The position numbers and the translations under genes were made by a program. The notes beneath the pieces are model-generated. The model made no database searches. It was not told where the DNA came from and saw only the letters and a program-made list of their open reading frames with translations. Shown one piece after another: positions 47,736 to 56,399 of a stretch of DNA of 64,000 bases (position 1 is its first letter; each line of letters begins with the position of its first letter). Source of the stretch: Planctomycetota bacterium (GTDB lineage Bacteria; Planctomycetota; UBA1135; UBA2386); NCBI GenBank assembly GCA_965228735.1, contig OZ245838.1, forward strand, positions 3,968,001 through 4,032,000, given 5' to 3'.

Positions 47736-48977
47736 CTACCAGGGGGCCTTGAGGCCAGCTCGCAGCGCCTGCAGCTGGTCCCGCATGACGCGCGGCGGCT
47801 CGAAGCCGGCATCGACCATCGAGCACACGATCAGGACGAGGTCCTGGAGCCGCGGCCGAGCGTTGGGATTGAGCGCCGCGTTCTCGATCGCGCGCCGGTA
47901 GGTCGCGACCGCGGCCGGCTCGGAGCCGCACGCGAGATAGGCCGCGGCCACCGGGGCGAGCCCGTCGGCCCGGAACATGTTGAGGATCTCGTCCTCGTGC
48001 TGCTCGTAGAACGCGATCGTCTCGTTGAGTTCGTCGATCGCCTCGCCGGCGGCGCCGGCCTCGTAGAACGTGCGAGCAACCCGCGCGCGCACCTCCATGA
48101 GGTCCTCCTTGTGCATTCGGAACGTCGCGAGACGCTCGCGCATCGCGCGGGCCCGACGCTGCGCCTCCGCCTGGTCGCCCTGACTAGCAGCCACGCCGGC
48201 GATGCGGGCCTCGAGCTCGATCGCTGCCATGGCGGGCATGTTCTTCGTCGCGCGCGCGACCCGGTCGAGCACGCGCTCTCGACGCGATGGATCGCCGTAG
48301 TAGCGCTCGAGCAGCACCAGACCGATCTCGGTGAGGTTCATCGCCTCCTGCATGCCGCCCGCCCGGAGCGCGCCATCCATGGCTTGCAGCTGGGCTTCGA
48401 AGGCCGTGTCGTCGAGCGTCCCCGCGACCTCGGTCTCGAACTCGGTCGTCTGGCCGGACTGAACGAGCCGCGCCATGTCGACCGCGTCATCGAGGCGCCC
48501 GAGGCGCTTGTAGGCGACGGCGATCCGCGAGCGAATGCGGTCGCTCTGCCACGGTTGTCCGGCCTCCGCGTTCTGCTGGGCCACGGCAGCTCGCGCGGCC
48601 CGATCGCAGAGCGCGGCCGCGAGCTCCTCGTTCTCCTGTTCCGCTGCGACCTGCGCGAGCTCGGCCTGGACGACGCCACGGCGCCAGTCCGTGATCTTCT
48701 CCGCGTAGGCGAGAGCCAGGTCGAACTGGCCGTGAGCGATGCAGCAGAGGGCGACCTGCTCCTGGAGCATGCAGCGGTCGACGGCGTGCGGACGCAACGG
48801 CATCAGGACCGTCGCATCGAACGCGAACTCGAGCAGCTCGCGCTGCGCCGGCGGGATCACGCGCGTCGTCAACACGTCGGACGCCGCGTCCGACACTGCT
48901 GGGGCGGCGGCATCGACCTGCGCCGGCACGCCGGCAACGAGCAACGCGGCAACGAAGAGAGATCTGGTAGCGGTCAT
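47736..48977 (-). CDS. Exported helical-repeat (TPR-like) hypothetical protein
   Basis: Signal peptide; Ala/Leu helical repeats; co-oriented in the operon. Confidence 0.7.
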   Translation of the reverse strand: MTATRSLFVAALLVAGVPAQVDAAAPAVSDAASDVLTTRVIPPAQRELLEFAFDATVLMPLRPHAVDRCMLQEQVALCCIAHGQFDLALAYAEKITDWRRGVVQAELAQVAAEQENEELAAALCDRAARAAVAQQNAEAGQPWQSDRIRSRIAVAYKRLGRLDDAVDMARLVQSGQTTEFETEVAGTLDDTAFEAQLQAMDGALRAGGMQEAMNLTEIGLVLLERYYGDPSRRERVLDRVARATKNMPAMAAIELEARIAGVAASQGDQAEAQRRARAMRERLATFRMHKEDLMEVRARVARTFYEAGAAGEAIDELNETIAFYEQHEDEILNMFRADGLAPVAAAYLACGSEPAAVATYRRAIENAALNPNARPRLQDLVLIVCSMVDAGFEPPRVMRDQLQALRAGLKAPW

Positions 48978-49107
48978 CGCTGTCGAACCGGGCACCCGTC
49001 GAGCGCCCGCCAAACTCCAGCGGGAGACCACGCTGCAAAGAGCGCGGTCTCCCGGCAAATGCCCGGTCCGAAGGACCGAGCGTCGTGACAATCGTTGGTA
49101 TCGATTC

Positions 49108-51012
49108 TCAGTTGAGGGTGAACTGCACGCCGTTCGAGCCCGAGGCCTGGAAGGCGCTCGCGCCGGCGGCGTCGCTGAAGAGGAACTGCCCGGTCAGCTG
49201 CAGACCCGGCAGGACGCCCGTGGGCAGGTTGAGGTTGAGGGCGGCGTTGCCCGACGCGTCCGAGAACGTGACGAGCGACTGCAGGCCGAGGCTGCGCGGG
49301 GCGATCGTCAGACCACCGCCGACGGGCAGACCGTTGGCCGCCGGGCCGACGTTGAAGACGAGGACCGAGAGCGTCGATGCCGCCGCGTTCGAGGCGGAGA
49401 ACGTCGTCGCGCCCGTGCTCGTGTTGTAGGAGCCGGCGAGGACCGGGTTGCCGTTCACGCCGGAGGTCGAGCCGCCGACGTCCGTGAGGTCGGTCTTCGC
49501 GAGAACGCCGTACTCGGCGAGCGCGGTCCAGTTGGCCCAGCTGACGCCCGGGGCGAACGCACCGCGGAAGTTGTGGCCCGTGTCCGAGACGCCGTTCGGC
49601 GTCAGGGCGTCGCCCTGCGGCTGCGCGTTGAGCGCGTCGACGCGGGTGATCGGACCCGTGGTCGTCGTGATCTCGCTGCCGTGCGTGACCGCCGTGATCG
49701 GCGACGAGGCGGCGCTCGTGACGTTGCTGGCGCCGAGGCCGAGGCTGTTGAAGACCGTGTAGGCGTCGGTCGCGGTGGCGTTGAAGACCGCGCAGTCGGT
49801 CATCTCGCAGACCGTGCCGCTCGGATCCTGAGCCGTGTAGAGGTCCTGCGGGCGGTTGCCCGTGAGGCCGGCAGCGCCGGTACCGGGGCCGTCGACACCG
49901 GCGTTGACGGACGGCAGCGTGGCTGCGCTGATCGACCAGATGGCCGGCCAGTCCGGCGTGCCGTTGTGGCCGTAGCCCGCGCCACCGTCACCGTCGACGT
50001 TGTCGAACGAGATGACGCGCTGGCCGACGTCGACGAACAGGCAGTTGCGGTACTGAACGCCGGCGCCGTCGCGCCACGCCGTGGCGTGGTCCGAACCCGA
50101 GCCCGGGATGACGATGCCCGAGATCACCTTCTGCGGCGCGCCGATGACGGTCGCGTTGGTGATCTTGGCGCGCGTGCGCGGCTGGTAGTCCGACTGCTCG
50201 GCTCCGTCGACCTCGAACGCGTTGTCGCCGTGACCGGAGCCCTGCTTCGCGTTGGTGCTGTAGCCCTGAACGATGCAGATCTGGTCGGCAGTGCCGCGCC
50301 AGCCCTGGTCGACGTCGAAGCTGTCGTCACCGACGTGGCTGATGAGCGCCTTCTTGATCGAGACGGTGCCGCCCCAGATCTCGATGCCGTCGTCGACGTT
50401 GTTGTAGATCTCGACGTTGTTGATCGTCGTGTTGCGGCCGATGCCACCGAGCGACAGACCGTTGAGCTCGTTGGTCAGCGCGATCACGCGGCCGCCGAAC
50501 CGGAACGAGCAGTAGCTGATCGTGCCGCTGTTGTCGTTGTCGTTGCCGCCACCGTAGGTGTCGGTGCTCGGGCCGTTCTGCAGACCCTCCATGACGGCGA
50601 AGTTCGCCGCGGCCGGGAAGGCCGAGTTGGTGGCGCCCGAAACCATGTCCTCGGAGATGTAGGCGTCACCCATGACGGTGAGGTTGCCCCACTCGTTGGC
50701 GCCGATGCGCTGCGTGCCGTTGTCGTTCGTCGACGTGAAGACGATCGGCGCGCCGGCGTGCCCCTTGGCCTCGATCTTCGAGCCGCGGGTGACGGCGAGC
50801 GAACCACCGACGCCGGCCGTGCTCTCGATGCGGGTACCCGCCTGAATCGTGAGCGTCGCACCGTTGGTGACGTAGATCTGCTGCTGCAGGCTGTAGACGT
50901 TGTTCGCCGTCCAGGTCGTGGACGTCGTGATGTTCTGGGTGACCAGAACCTGAGCGCTGGCGCTGGCAGCGAAGGCGAGCGCACCGGCGAAGGCGAAGAA
51001 GTTGGTGTTCAT
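49108..51012 (-). CDS. Secreted right-handed beta-helix surface protein of the type commonly found beside TonB receptors
   Basis: Signal ASA-Q; GATLTIQAGT, PIVFTS, YGG..DNSG, NELNGLSLGG.G..DDGIE.WGG; distinct C-terminal domain. Confidence 0.85.
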   Translation of the reverse strand: MNTNFFAFAGALAFAASASAQVLVTQNITTSTTWTANNVYSLQQQIYVTNGATLTIQAGTRIESTAGVGGSLAVTRGSKIEAKGHAGAPIVFTSTNDNGTQRIGANEWGNLTVMGDAYISEDMVSGATNSAFPAAANFAVMEGLQNGPSTDTYGGGNDNDNSGTISYCSFRFGGRVIALTNELNGLSLGGIGRNTTINNVEIYNNVDDGIEIWGGTVSIKKALISHVGDDSFDVDQGWRGTADQICIVQGYSTNAKQGSGHGDNAFEVDGAEQSDYQPRTRAKITNATVIGAPQKVISGIVIPGSGSDHATAWRDGAGVQYRNCLFVDVGQRVISFDNVDGDGGAGYGHNGTPDWPAIWSISAATLPSVNAGVDGPGTGAAGLTGNRPQDLYTAQDPSGTVCEMTDCAVFNATATDAYTVFNSLGLGASNVTSAASSPITAVTHGSEITTTTGPITRVDALNAQPQGDALTPNGVSDTGHNFRGAFAPGVSWANWTALAEYGVLAKTDLTDVGGSTSGVNGNPVLAGSYNTSTGATTFSASNAAASTLSVLVFNVGPAANGLPVGGGLTIAPRSLGLQSLVTFSDASGNAALNLNLPTGVLPGLQLTGQFLFSDAAGASAFQASGSNGVQFTLN

Positions 51013-51089
51013 TGCAGTGATGTCCCTGATTGGTGGGAGGGTTCTCGAGCAGTCGTTGGCGGGCGTTGTGCGACCCGCGATCGAGAGTC

Positions 51090-51188
51090 ACCGTAGGAAC
51101 GTTTGTTGAGGCGCCGTGAAGACCCCGTCAGGAGTGCGCGACGAACAACCTGCAGACCCCGATGAGGGGCCTGTCAACGTTGCGTTAA
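51090..51188 (-). promoter_or_regulatory. Putative promoter (-10 TACGGT) with 11-bp-spaced direct repeats (PhoB/OmpR-type boxes)
   Basis: Minus strand: TTAAC(N6)TTGAC at 51188-51173, CTGAC(N6)TTCAC(N6)TCAAC at 51131-51105, TACGGT at 51095-51090. Confidence 0.55.
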
Positions 51189-51370
51189 GGCATCGCGAAG
51201 ACGACGCGCGGGATCGCATTGCGCAGCGCCGAGCGACGCCTCCTACCCGCCCGAGGCAACGGCAATCGGCGCCGCACCCCGGCCGCTCACGAGCAACCCA
51301 CCGCCCGACGCCGATGGCCGTGTGAAGTCCGCGTGTAGATCACGCGGCGCCGAACACCCCCGCCGACCCG

Positions 51371-51925
51371 CTACACCATCTGCCGCCGGCGCCGCTTCCG
51401 CCACTTCGGCCAGAGCCACATCACGTAGCCACTGCCCGCGAGATACAGCAGGATCAATGCCACCGTCGGGAGCACGCGGTCGTGCGCGAAGTCGCCGAAC
51501 CAGGAACCATCGTGCAGCGCCTCGAGCCAGTCGCTGCGCCGCTCACGCGGCTCGGAGGTCGCGAGGCTGGTCGCGCAGACCTGCACCTCGAGCGCCCCGT
51601 GCCGGCTGATGACCTTGTGCATCCCCTTGCTCGGGCGGAAGTCGACCCGCTCGATGTCGTCGACTCGGCGAAACTCGGGGAGCTCGAGGGCGAGGACGGC
51701 ACCGAGCACCGCCTCGAGCGGCTGGAGACGGGCCTGGGCCGGCGTAACGTCCGCGTCCAAAGTGAGTTCTGGGAGCGGCTGCCCGACCGTGACCGGCGGC
51801 TGCAGCCACGCGTAGTCCTTCTTCAGCAGCAACAGAAAGCCGGTCGCCGCCGTCACCAGCAACACGAGCCCGGCCGTGACCCCGAGCCAGCGATGCAGCA
51901 GCCATAGCAGTCGAAACCAGCGCAT
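51371..51925 (-). CDS. PepSY-associated TM helix protein
   Basis: LHRWLG..TG.LL, RRSDWLEALHDGSWFG, SG..MW. Confidence 0.85.
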   Translation of the reverse strand: MRWFRLLWLLHRWLGVTAGLVLLVTAATGFLLLLKKDYAWLQPPVTVGQPLPELTLDADVTPAQARLQPLEAVLGAVLALELPEFRRVDDIERVDFRPSKGMHKVISRHGALEVQVCATSLATSEPRERRSDWLEALHDGSWFGDFAHDRVLPTVALILLYLAGSGYVMWLWPKWRKRRRRQMV

Positions 51926-52023
51926 GGCCGCGAGGATGCGGCCGCGGGCCGTCGGAAACCAGCGCCGGGAGCGTCACCCGTTCGTGACAGGGCCCGGCAG
52001 CAACCGGCCACCACAACCCCGTC

Positions 52024-53745
52024 ATGCGTGCCCCGATCGCCTTGGCCAGGAACCTGGCCGCTCTCCTGACCGTGGCGCTGGCCACCGATGCGCCTCTTCT
52101 CGGCCAGACCGAGGCCGATCCCGGGGCGACGGCGGCGGCCGGCGAACTCGTCACGGCACCCCACATCACGATCGATACGGTCGGTCCGGACGGCTGGCGC
52201 ATGCGATTCGGCCCGACCAACCTCGGCACGATGCTCGAGTCCGAGCGCGGCCGGGAGCTCTGGCAGCCCCATATCGAACCGCTGCTCGGCATCTGGCAGC
52301 AGGTCACCGGGGACGCGGCCGCCTACGACGCGTCGCGCCAGCTGCTGCTCGGCTACGGCGGCCGGATCCAGGCTGCGCTGTGGATCGATCCGGACGACGC
52401 GCGCGGACGCAACGGGCCGCCCGCGAAGATGGCGTTCGTTCTGCACGACGACGGCCGCAGCGAGCTCCCCGCGCTCGCCGGCGAACTGCGAAAGACGCTC
52501 TATCAGGCCATCGCGGGGGAGTGGACGGCGACCGAATGGCACGGCCAGGGCGTCGACGTGCGCCACGGCGCCGAACTGTCGGTCACGGCGCCCATCCTGA
52601 GTGGCGGCGCGCTGCTCATCGCTGCGAGCAACGGACCCGATCTGCCTGCCGTGCTCACCGCGGCGAGCGATCTCGCCAAGCAGGGCAAGGCAGAGCTGCG
52701 ACCCGACTCACCGGCGCTGCGGATCGACTTCGATCTCGCGAGCATCGTGAAGCTCGCGCTCGCGGCGGAGGACGAGGACGAACGGGCCGTGATGCAGGCG
52801 TTCGGCGTCACGACGCTCGAGACCGGCACGTTCACGATCGGCACGGCCGGCCCGCAGGTGCGGATCGACTACGCGCAGCAGTTCTCGCAGGACGATCGCG
52901 GCCTGTTCAGCGCGTTCCTGCCCGCGACGAAGCGGATCCCGTCCCTGCTGCAGGCGGTCGGCGAGGGCACGTGGACCGTCGGCCACTTCGACTGTGGCAA
53001 GCTCTACGAGACCGTTCTCGCGGTGCTCGTCGCGAACGACCTCGGCGACGACGAGAAGCTCGAACGTGAGATCCGCTCGGAGCTCGGCATCGATCTCGCG
53101 GACGATCTCCTCGCGCACATGACGGACGACGTCATGTTCTGGCTGCCCGAGTCCGACGACTTCGACCAGCCGCTCGAGCGCGCTGACTGGGCGCTCGCGT
53201 TCCGGCTGCAGGACGAGGACGCGTTCCGCGCGGGCCTGTTCAAGATGCTGCCGAACGCGCGCCCGTTCATGCAGCGCGAGCGGCAGGAGACGTTCGAGGA
53301 CGTCGAGCTGTTCCGCTACGGCAACTTCATCGGCTACGACCTGTGGCTCGCCGTCGGCCGCGGCGTCTTCGTGCTGTCCGGCGGTCGCAACGCCGAGACC
53401 CGCGTCGAAGAGATCCTGACGCGCTGCAAGGAACTGCCGGCCGAACTGCCGGCAGAAGCCCAGATCCCGGCGGCGTTCGCCAAACTGCAGCGCTACCTGC
53501 CCCCCGGCTGCCACGGCTTCGCGGTCGGCCGCGCGACCAACATCATCAGCATGCCGACGACGGTGTGGATCGAGATCCTGCGCGAGTTCCTGCCCGTTCC
53601 GCTGCCGCGCGGCTCGGTCGACCCGGACGCCGACGCCGAACGCCGCGAACAGCTGCACGAGCTGCTCGAAGAGCACCGCCTGCTCGAAGCCAAGAGCGCG
53701 ACGGGCTACGCCGATCAGACCTGGCGCATCCGCATCTTCTGGTAG
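52024..53745 (+). CDS. Exported hypothetical protein
   Basis: 573-aa ORF with signal peptide and host-like codon usage; terminal aromatic residue. Confidence 0.75.
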   Translation: MRAPIALARNLAALLTVALATDAPLLGQTEADPGATAAAGELVTAPHITIDTVGPDGWRMRFGPTNLGTMLESERGRELWQPHIEPLLGIWQQVTGDAAAYDASRQLLLGYGGRIQAALWIDPDDARGRNGPPAKMAFVLHDDGRSELPALAGELRKTLYQAIAGEWTATEWHGQGVDVRHGAELSVTAPILSGGALLIAASNGPDLPAVLTAASDLAKQGKAELRPDSPALRIDFDLASIVKLALAAEDEDERAVMQAFGVTTLETGTFTIGTAGPQVRIDYAQQFSQDDRGLFSAFLPATKRIPSLLQAVGEGTWTVGHFDCGKLYETVLAVLVANDLGDDEKLEREIRSELGIDLADDLLAHMTDDVMFWLPESDDFDQPLERADWALAFRLQDEDAFRAGLFKMLPNARPFMQRERQETFEDVELFRYGNFIGYDLWLAVGRGVFVLSGGRNAETRVEEILTRCKELPAELPAEAQIPAAFAKLQRYLPPGCHGFAVGRATNIISMPTTVWIEILREFLPVPLPRGSVDPDADAERREQLHELLEEHRLLEAKSATGYADQTWRIRIFW

Positions 53746-53755
53746 CTCCCCGCCC

Positions 53756-55777
53756 TCAACGGGGGACCGCCGCGACGCGGGGGCGCTGCACGCGCTGGAA
53801 GAAGCTCCAGATCGCCTCGGTCGCCTCGAAGTCGAACGGCCGATCCCGCAGCAGACGGCCGGGTTCGACCGGGCTGCCGGGCCACGCGTGGCCGCCACCC
53901 TGCAGCGTGATCACGCGGACGGGCGTGTCGGTGAGCTTGTCGTCGTCCTCGCCCGCACCGGCGACCCGGTCGAACGTGTCGATGCGCACGCCGCTGTCCG
54001 CGTTCTCCTTGCGGTCGGGGCGCGCGAGCAGGCCGTTGCGCGCGACGTAGTAGTCGATCGCGTCCTGCACCGAAGCGTCTTCCCGCCGACCGGCGCGGCC
54101 GAGCGCGCGCTCGGGCCGGCCGCCGTCGTAGCGCACGTGCTCGTCGTCCGTGCCATGCACGAGACAGACGCCGATGGGCAACCGGCTGTCCTCGGCCGTG
54201 AAGTTCATCGCGCCGCCGACGACGGCGATGCCCGCGAACAGGTCGGCCGCTTCGCGCGCGAGGCGATGGCACATCATGCCGCCGTTGCTGTGACCGACGG
54301 CGAAGATCCGGGCCGGGTCGATCGGCGCGCGCTTCGCGACGTCACGCACGACTTCGCGCAGGAACCCGACGTCGTCGATCTTCTGGTCCTTCGCGTAGAC
54401 CGGCAGCACGCCGTCGTTCCACGTCAGCAGCTTGCCGCGCAGCCGGCCGGTCCCGTCGGGGAACGCGACGACGAAGCCCTCGCGATCGGCCAGCTCGGCG
54501 AACTGCGACGTGCGCGCCACGTGCTCACCGTTGCCGCCGCCGCCATGCAGGACGACGACGAGCGGCAGGCGCTTGCTCTGCTGCGGCTTCTGCGCCGCGC
54601 CCGAGGCTGCTTCCGGGGCCACGACCGCAGCCGGCAGGTGCAGGTGATAGCGCCGGTCGCGGCCGTCGTGCCGCAGCGTGATGGTCTCTTCGGTGCCCGC
54701 GACGAGCGGCGACTCCGCCACCTCGCGCACCACGGCCATCACCGCGAGCAGCTTGCCGAACACGCGACGCACCCGGTCCCGCACCGCGAACACGCCGCCG
54801 ATGCCGAGATCGCGATCGATCCAGGGCGTGAATCCGAACGCGCCCGGATCGGCGACCCGCGTTGCGTCATCGTCGAGCGGGAAGATCCAGGTGCCGAGCC
54901 CGTAGCGCACGTCCTCGGCCTCGACACCGACCGGGTGGACCTCGACGTAGCTGTTCACCTGATCGGTGAACATCGTGTCCACACTGTCTTCCGACAGCAC
55001 CTGCTTGCCGCCGAAGCGCCCGCCCGCGAGCAGGCACTGCACGAACTTCTCGTAGTCGGCGAGCGACGACACCGCGCCGCCCGCGACCCACGGCAACGCG
55101 TGCGTGCCAGGATCACCCGCGATCGGATACAACCCGCCGAACGCGGTCGCCTGCAGCCCGAGCGGCTCGGCGATGCGCGTCTTGAACAGCTCGTGCCACG
55201 ACTTGCCGGTCGCGCGCTCCGCCGCGACCGCGGCGACCTGGAAGGTCACGCCGCCGTAGCGGAAGCTGCTGCCCGGCTCGAAGCGCAGCGGCGCGTCGGC
55301 CACCGCCTCGGCGAACTTGTCCGTGCCCCAACCGCGCATGCGACCGCCGAGCCGCGCAGCGAAGCCTGCCGTGCACGACAGGCACTGCCGCAACGTGAGG
55401 TCGTCCTTGTCGTCGCGCCGCAGTTCTTCGACGTAGCGCGCGACCGGCAGATCGAGATCGAGCACTCCTTCGTCGACGAGCGCCATGATCGTCGCGACGG
55501 TCAGCCACTTGCTCGCCGACGCGATCGGAATCACCGAGCCCGCGCCGAGGTTGCCGTGCTCACTGCGATGCACGAGGCCGTTCTCGCGCAGCACCGCGAG
55601 GCTCGCGCCATCGAGCCGCAACGCGTGCACGACCGTGTCGCCGGCCGCAGTGAGCGGCTCGAGTTGCGGTGGCGCGGCCGGCCGGCCGGCGATCGGGTTG
55701 CCGACGACCTGGGCCGAGACGTTCGCCGCCGCAGCGGCGATGGCGACCAGCGAAGCGAACGACAGGTAGCAGCGCAT
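53756..55777 (-). CDS. Beta-lactamase-family serine hydrolase fused to an LpqC/PHB-depolymerase-like esterase
   Basis: SxxK (ASASKW) and F.Y motifs; LHGGGG, DDVGF, GHSNGG (GxSxG), HGT.D, GGHAWPG. Confidence 0.88.
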   Translation of the reverse strand: MRCYLSFASLVAIAAAAANVSAQVVGNPIAGRPAAPPQLEPLTAAGDTVVHALRLDGASLAVLRENGLVHRSEHGNLGAGSVIPIASASKWLTVATIMALVDEGVLDLDLPVARYVEELRRDDKDDLTLRQCLSCTAGFAARLGGRMRGWGTDKFAEAVADAPLRFEPGSSFRYGGVTFQVAAVAAERATGKSWHELFKTRIAEPLGLQATAFGGLYPIAGDPGTHALPWVAGGAVSSLADYEKFVQCLLAGGRFGGKQVLSEDSVDTMFTDQVNSYVEVHPVGVEAEDVRYGLGTWIFPLDDDATRVADPGAFGFTPWIDRDLGIGGVFAVRDRVRRVFGKLLAVMAVVREVAESPLVAGTEETITLRHDGRDRRYHLHLPAAVVAPEAASGAAQKPQQSKRLPLVVVLHGGGGNGEHVARTSQFAELADREGFVVAFPDGTGRLRGKLLTWNDGVLPVYAKDQKIDDVGFLREVVRDVAKRAPIDPARIFAVGHSNGGMMCHRLAREAADLFAGIAVVGGAMNFTAEDSRLPIGVCLVHGTDDEHVRYDGGRPERALGRAGRREDASVQDAIDYYVARNGLLARPDRKENADSGVRIDTFDRVAGAGEDDDKLTDTPVRVITLQGGGHAWPGSPVEPGRLLRDRPFDFEATEAIWSFFQRVQRPRVAAVPR

Positions 55778-55900
55778 GTTCGGTGTTATCGGCCACAGCT
55801 CCCGCGGGGACGGAGCGATTCCGGGATTCCGCCGGACCGGGCTACAGAGCGCCGAAAACGGCCCGCAACGCCTTCCGCCAGCTCGCGCTGAGTTGCCATC

Positions 55901-56026
55901 ATGACGAACTCACTCCGCCGTCTCATGCGCCCGATCCTGCTGATCCTGGTGGCCTCGAGCTTTGCGGCCTGCCACTTCCACCATCACGGCTTCGGCCGCT
56001 GCGCGCCGATCCGGCATTGCCGCTAA
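55901..56026 (+). CDS. 41-aa His/Cys-rich putative lipopeptide (not in ORF track)
   Basis: MTNSLRRLMRPILLILVASSFAA-CHFHHHGFGRCAPIRHCR*; basic N-region, hydrophobic core, lipobox-like FAAC. Confidence 0.6.
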   Translation: MTNSLRRLMRPILLILVASSFAACHFHHHGFGRCAPIRHCR

Positions 56027-56106
56027 CCGGCAATGCCGCTCTCGGGCATTGCCGCTCCGCTAACCGGCAATGCCGGTATCCGGCATTGCCGCGATCTGGC
56101 ATTGCT
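56013..56106. repeat. Array of six GGCA(T/A)TGC(C/T) units, mostly alternating in orientation
   Basis: Units start at 56013, 56029, 56045, 56066, 56082, 56098 (spacing 16, 16, 21, 16, 16). Confidence 0.85.
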
Positions 56107-56136
56107 GCCGATCTGGCACAGCGCCAGACTGGGCGC

Positions 56137-56358
56137 ATGCACATCTCCATCGAGTACTGCGTCGTTTGAAACTACGAACCGAAGGCGGCCAGTCTGGCTG
56201 CCGCGATTCGCGACCAGCACCCGGGCGCCGACGTCCAGATCATTCCCGGCGGCAGAGGTGACTTCATCGTCAAGGCCGGCGACCGGCTGCTCTGGGACAA
56301 GAACGGCAGGGACTCGGACTTCCCGCCGCACGAACGCATTCTCGAGCAGCTGGCGTGA
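56137..56358 (+). CDS. Rdx (SelW/SelT/SelH-like) selenoprotein, 73 aa, CxxU
   Basis: MHISIEYCVV-U-NYEPKAASLAAAI..IPGGRGDFIV..LLWDK..FP; in-frame TGA at 56167-56169. Confidence 0.92.
56175..56210 (+). promoter_or_regulatory. Bacterial SECIS-like hairpin
   Basis: GGCGGCCA-GUC-UGGCUGCC (56184-56202) plus lower stem CGAACCG/CGAUUCG; loop 22 nt after the UGA. Confidence 0.75.
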
Positions 56359-56399
56359 GCCGCCCCGCGGGCACCGCAGGTCGAACGCCGCCCCCGCCA

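Noticed and set aside
53756..55777. Antibiotic-resistance beta-lactamase
   Set aside because: Only the generic serine-hydrolase fold is evident, and fusion to an esterase points to catabolism
56013..56106. Possible CRISPR array
   Set aside because: Units are 9 nt with 7-12-nt spacers and flip orientation; no cas genes
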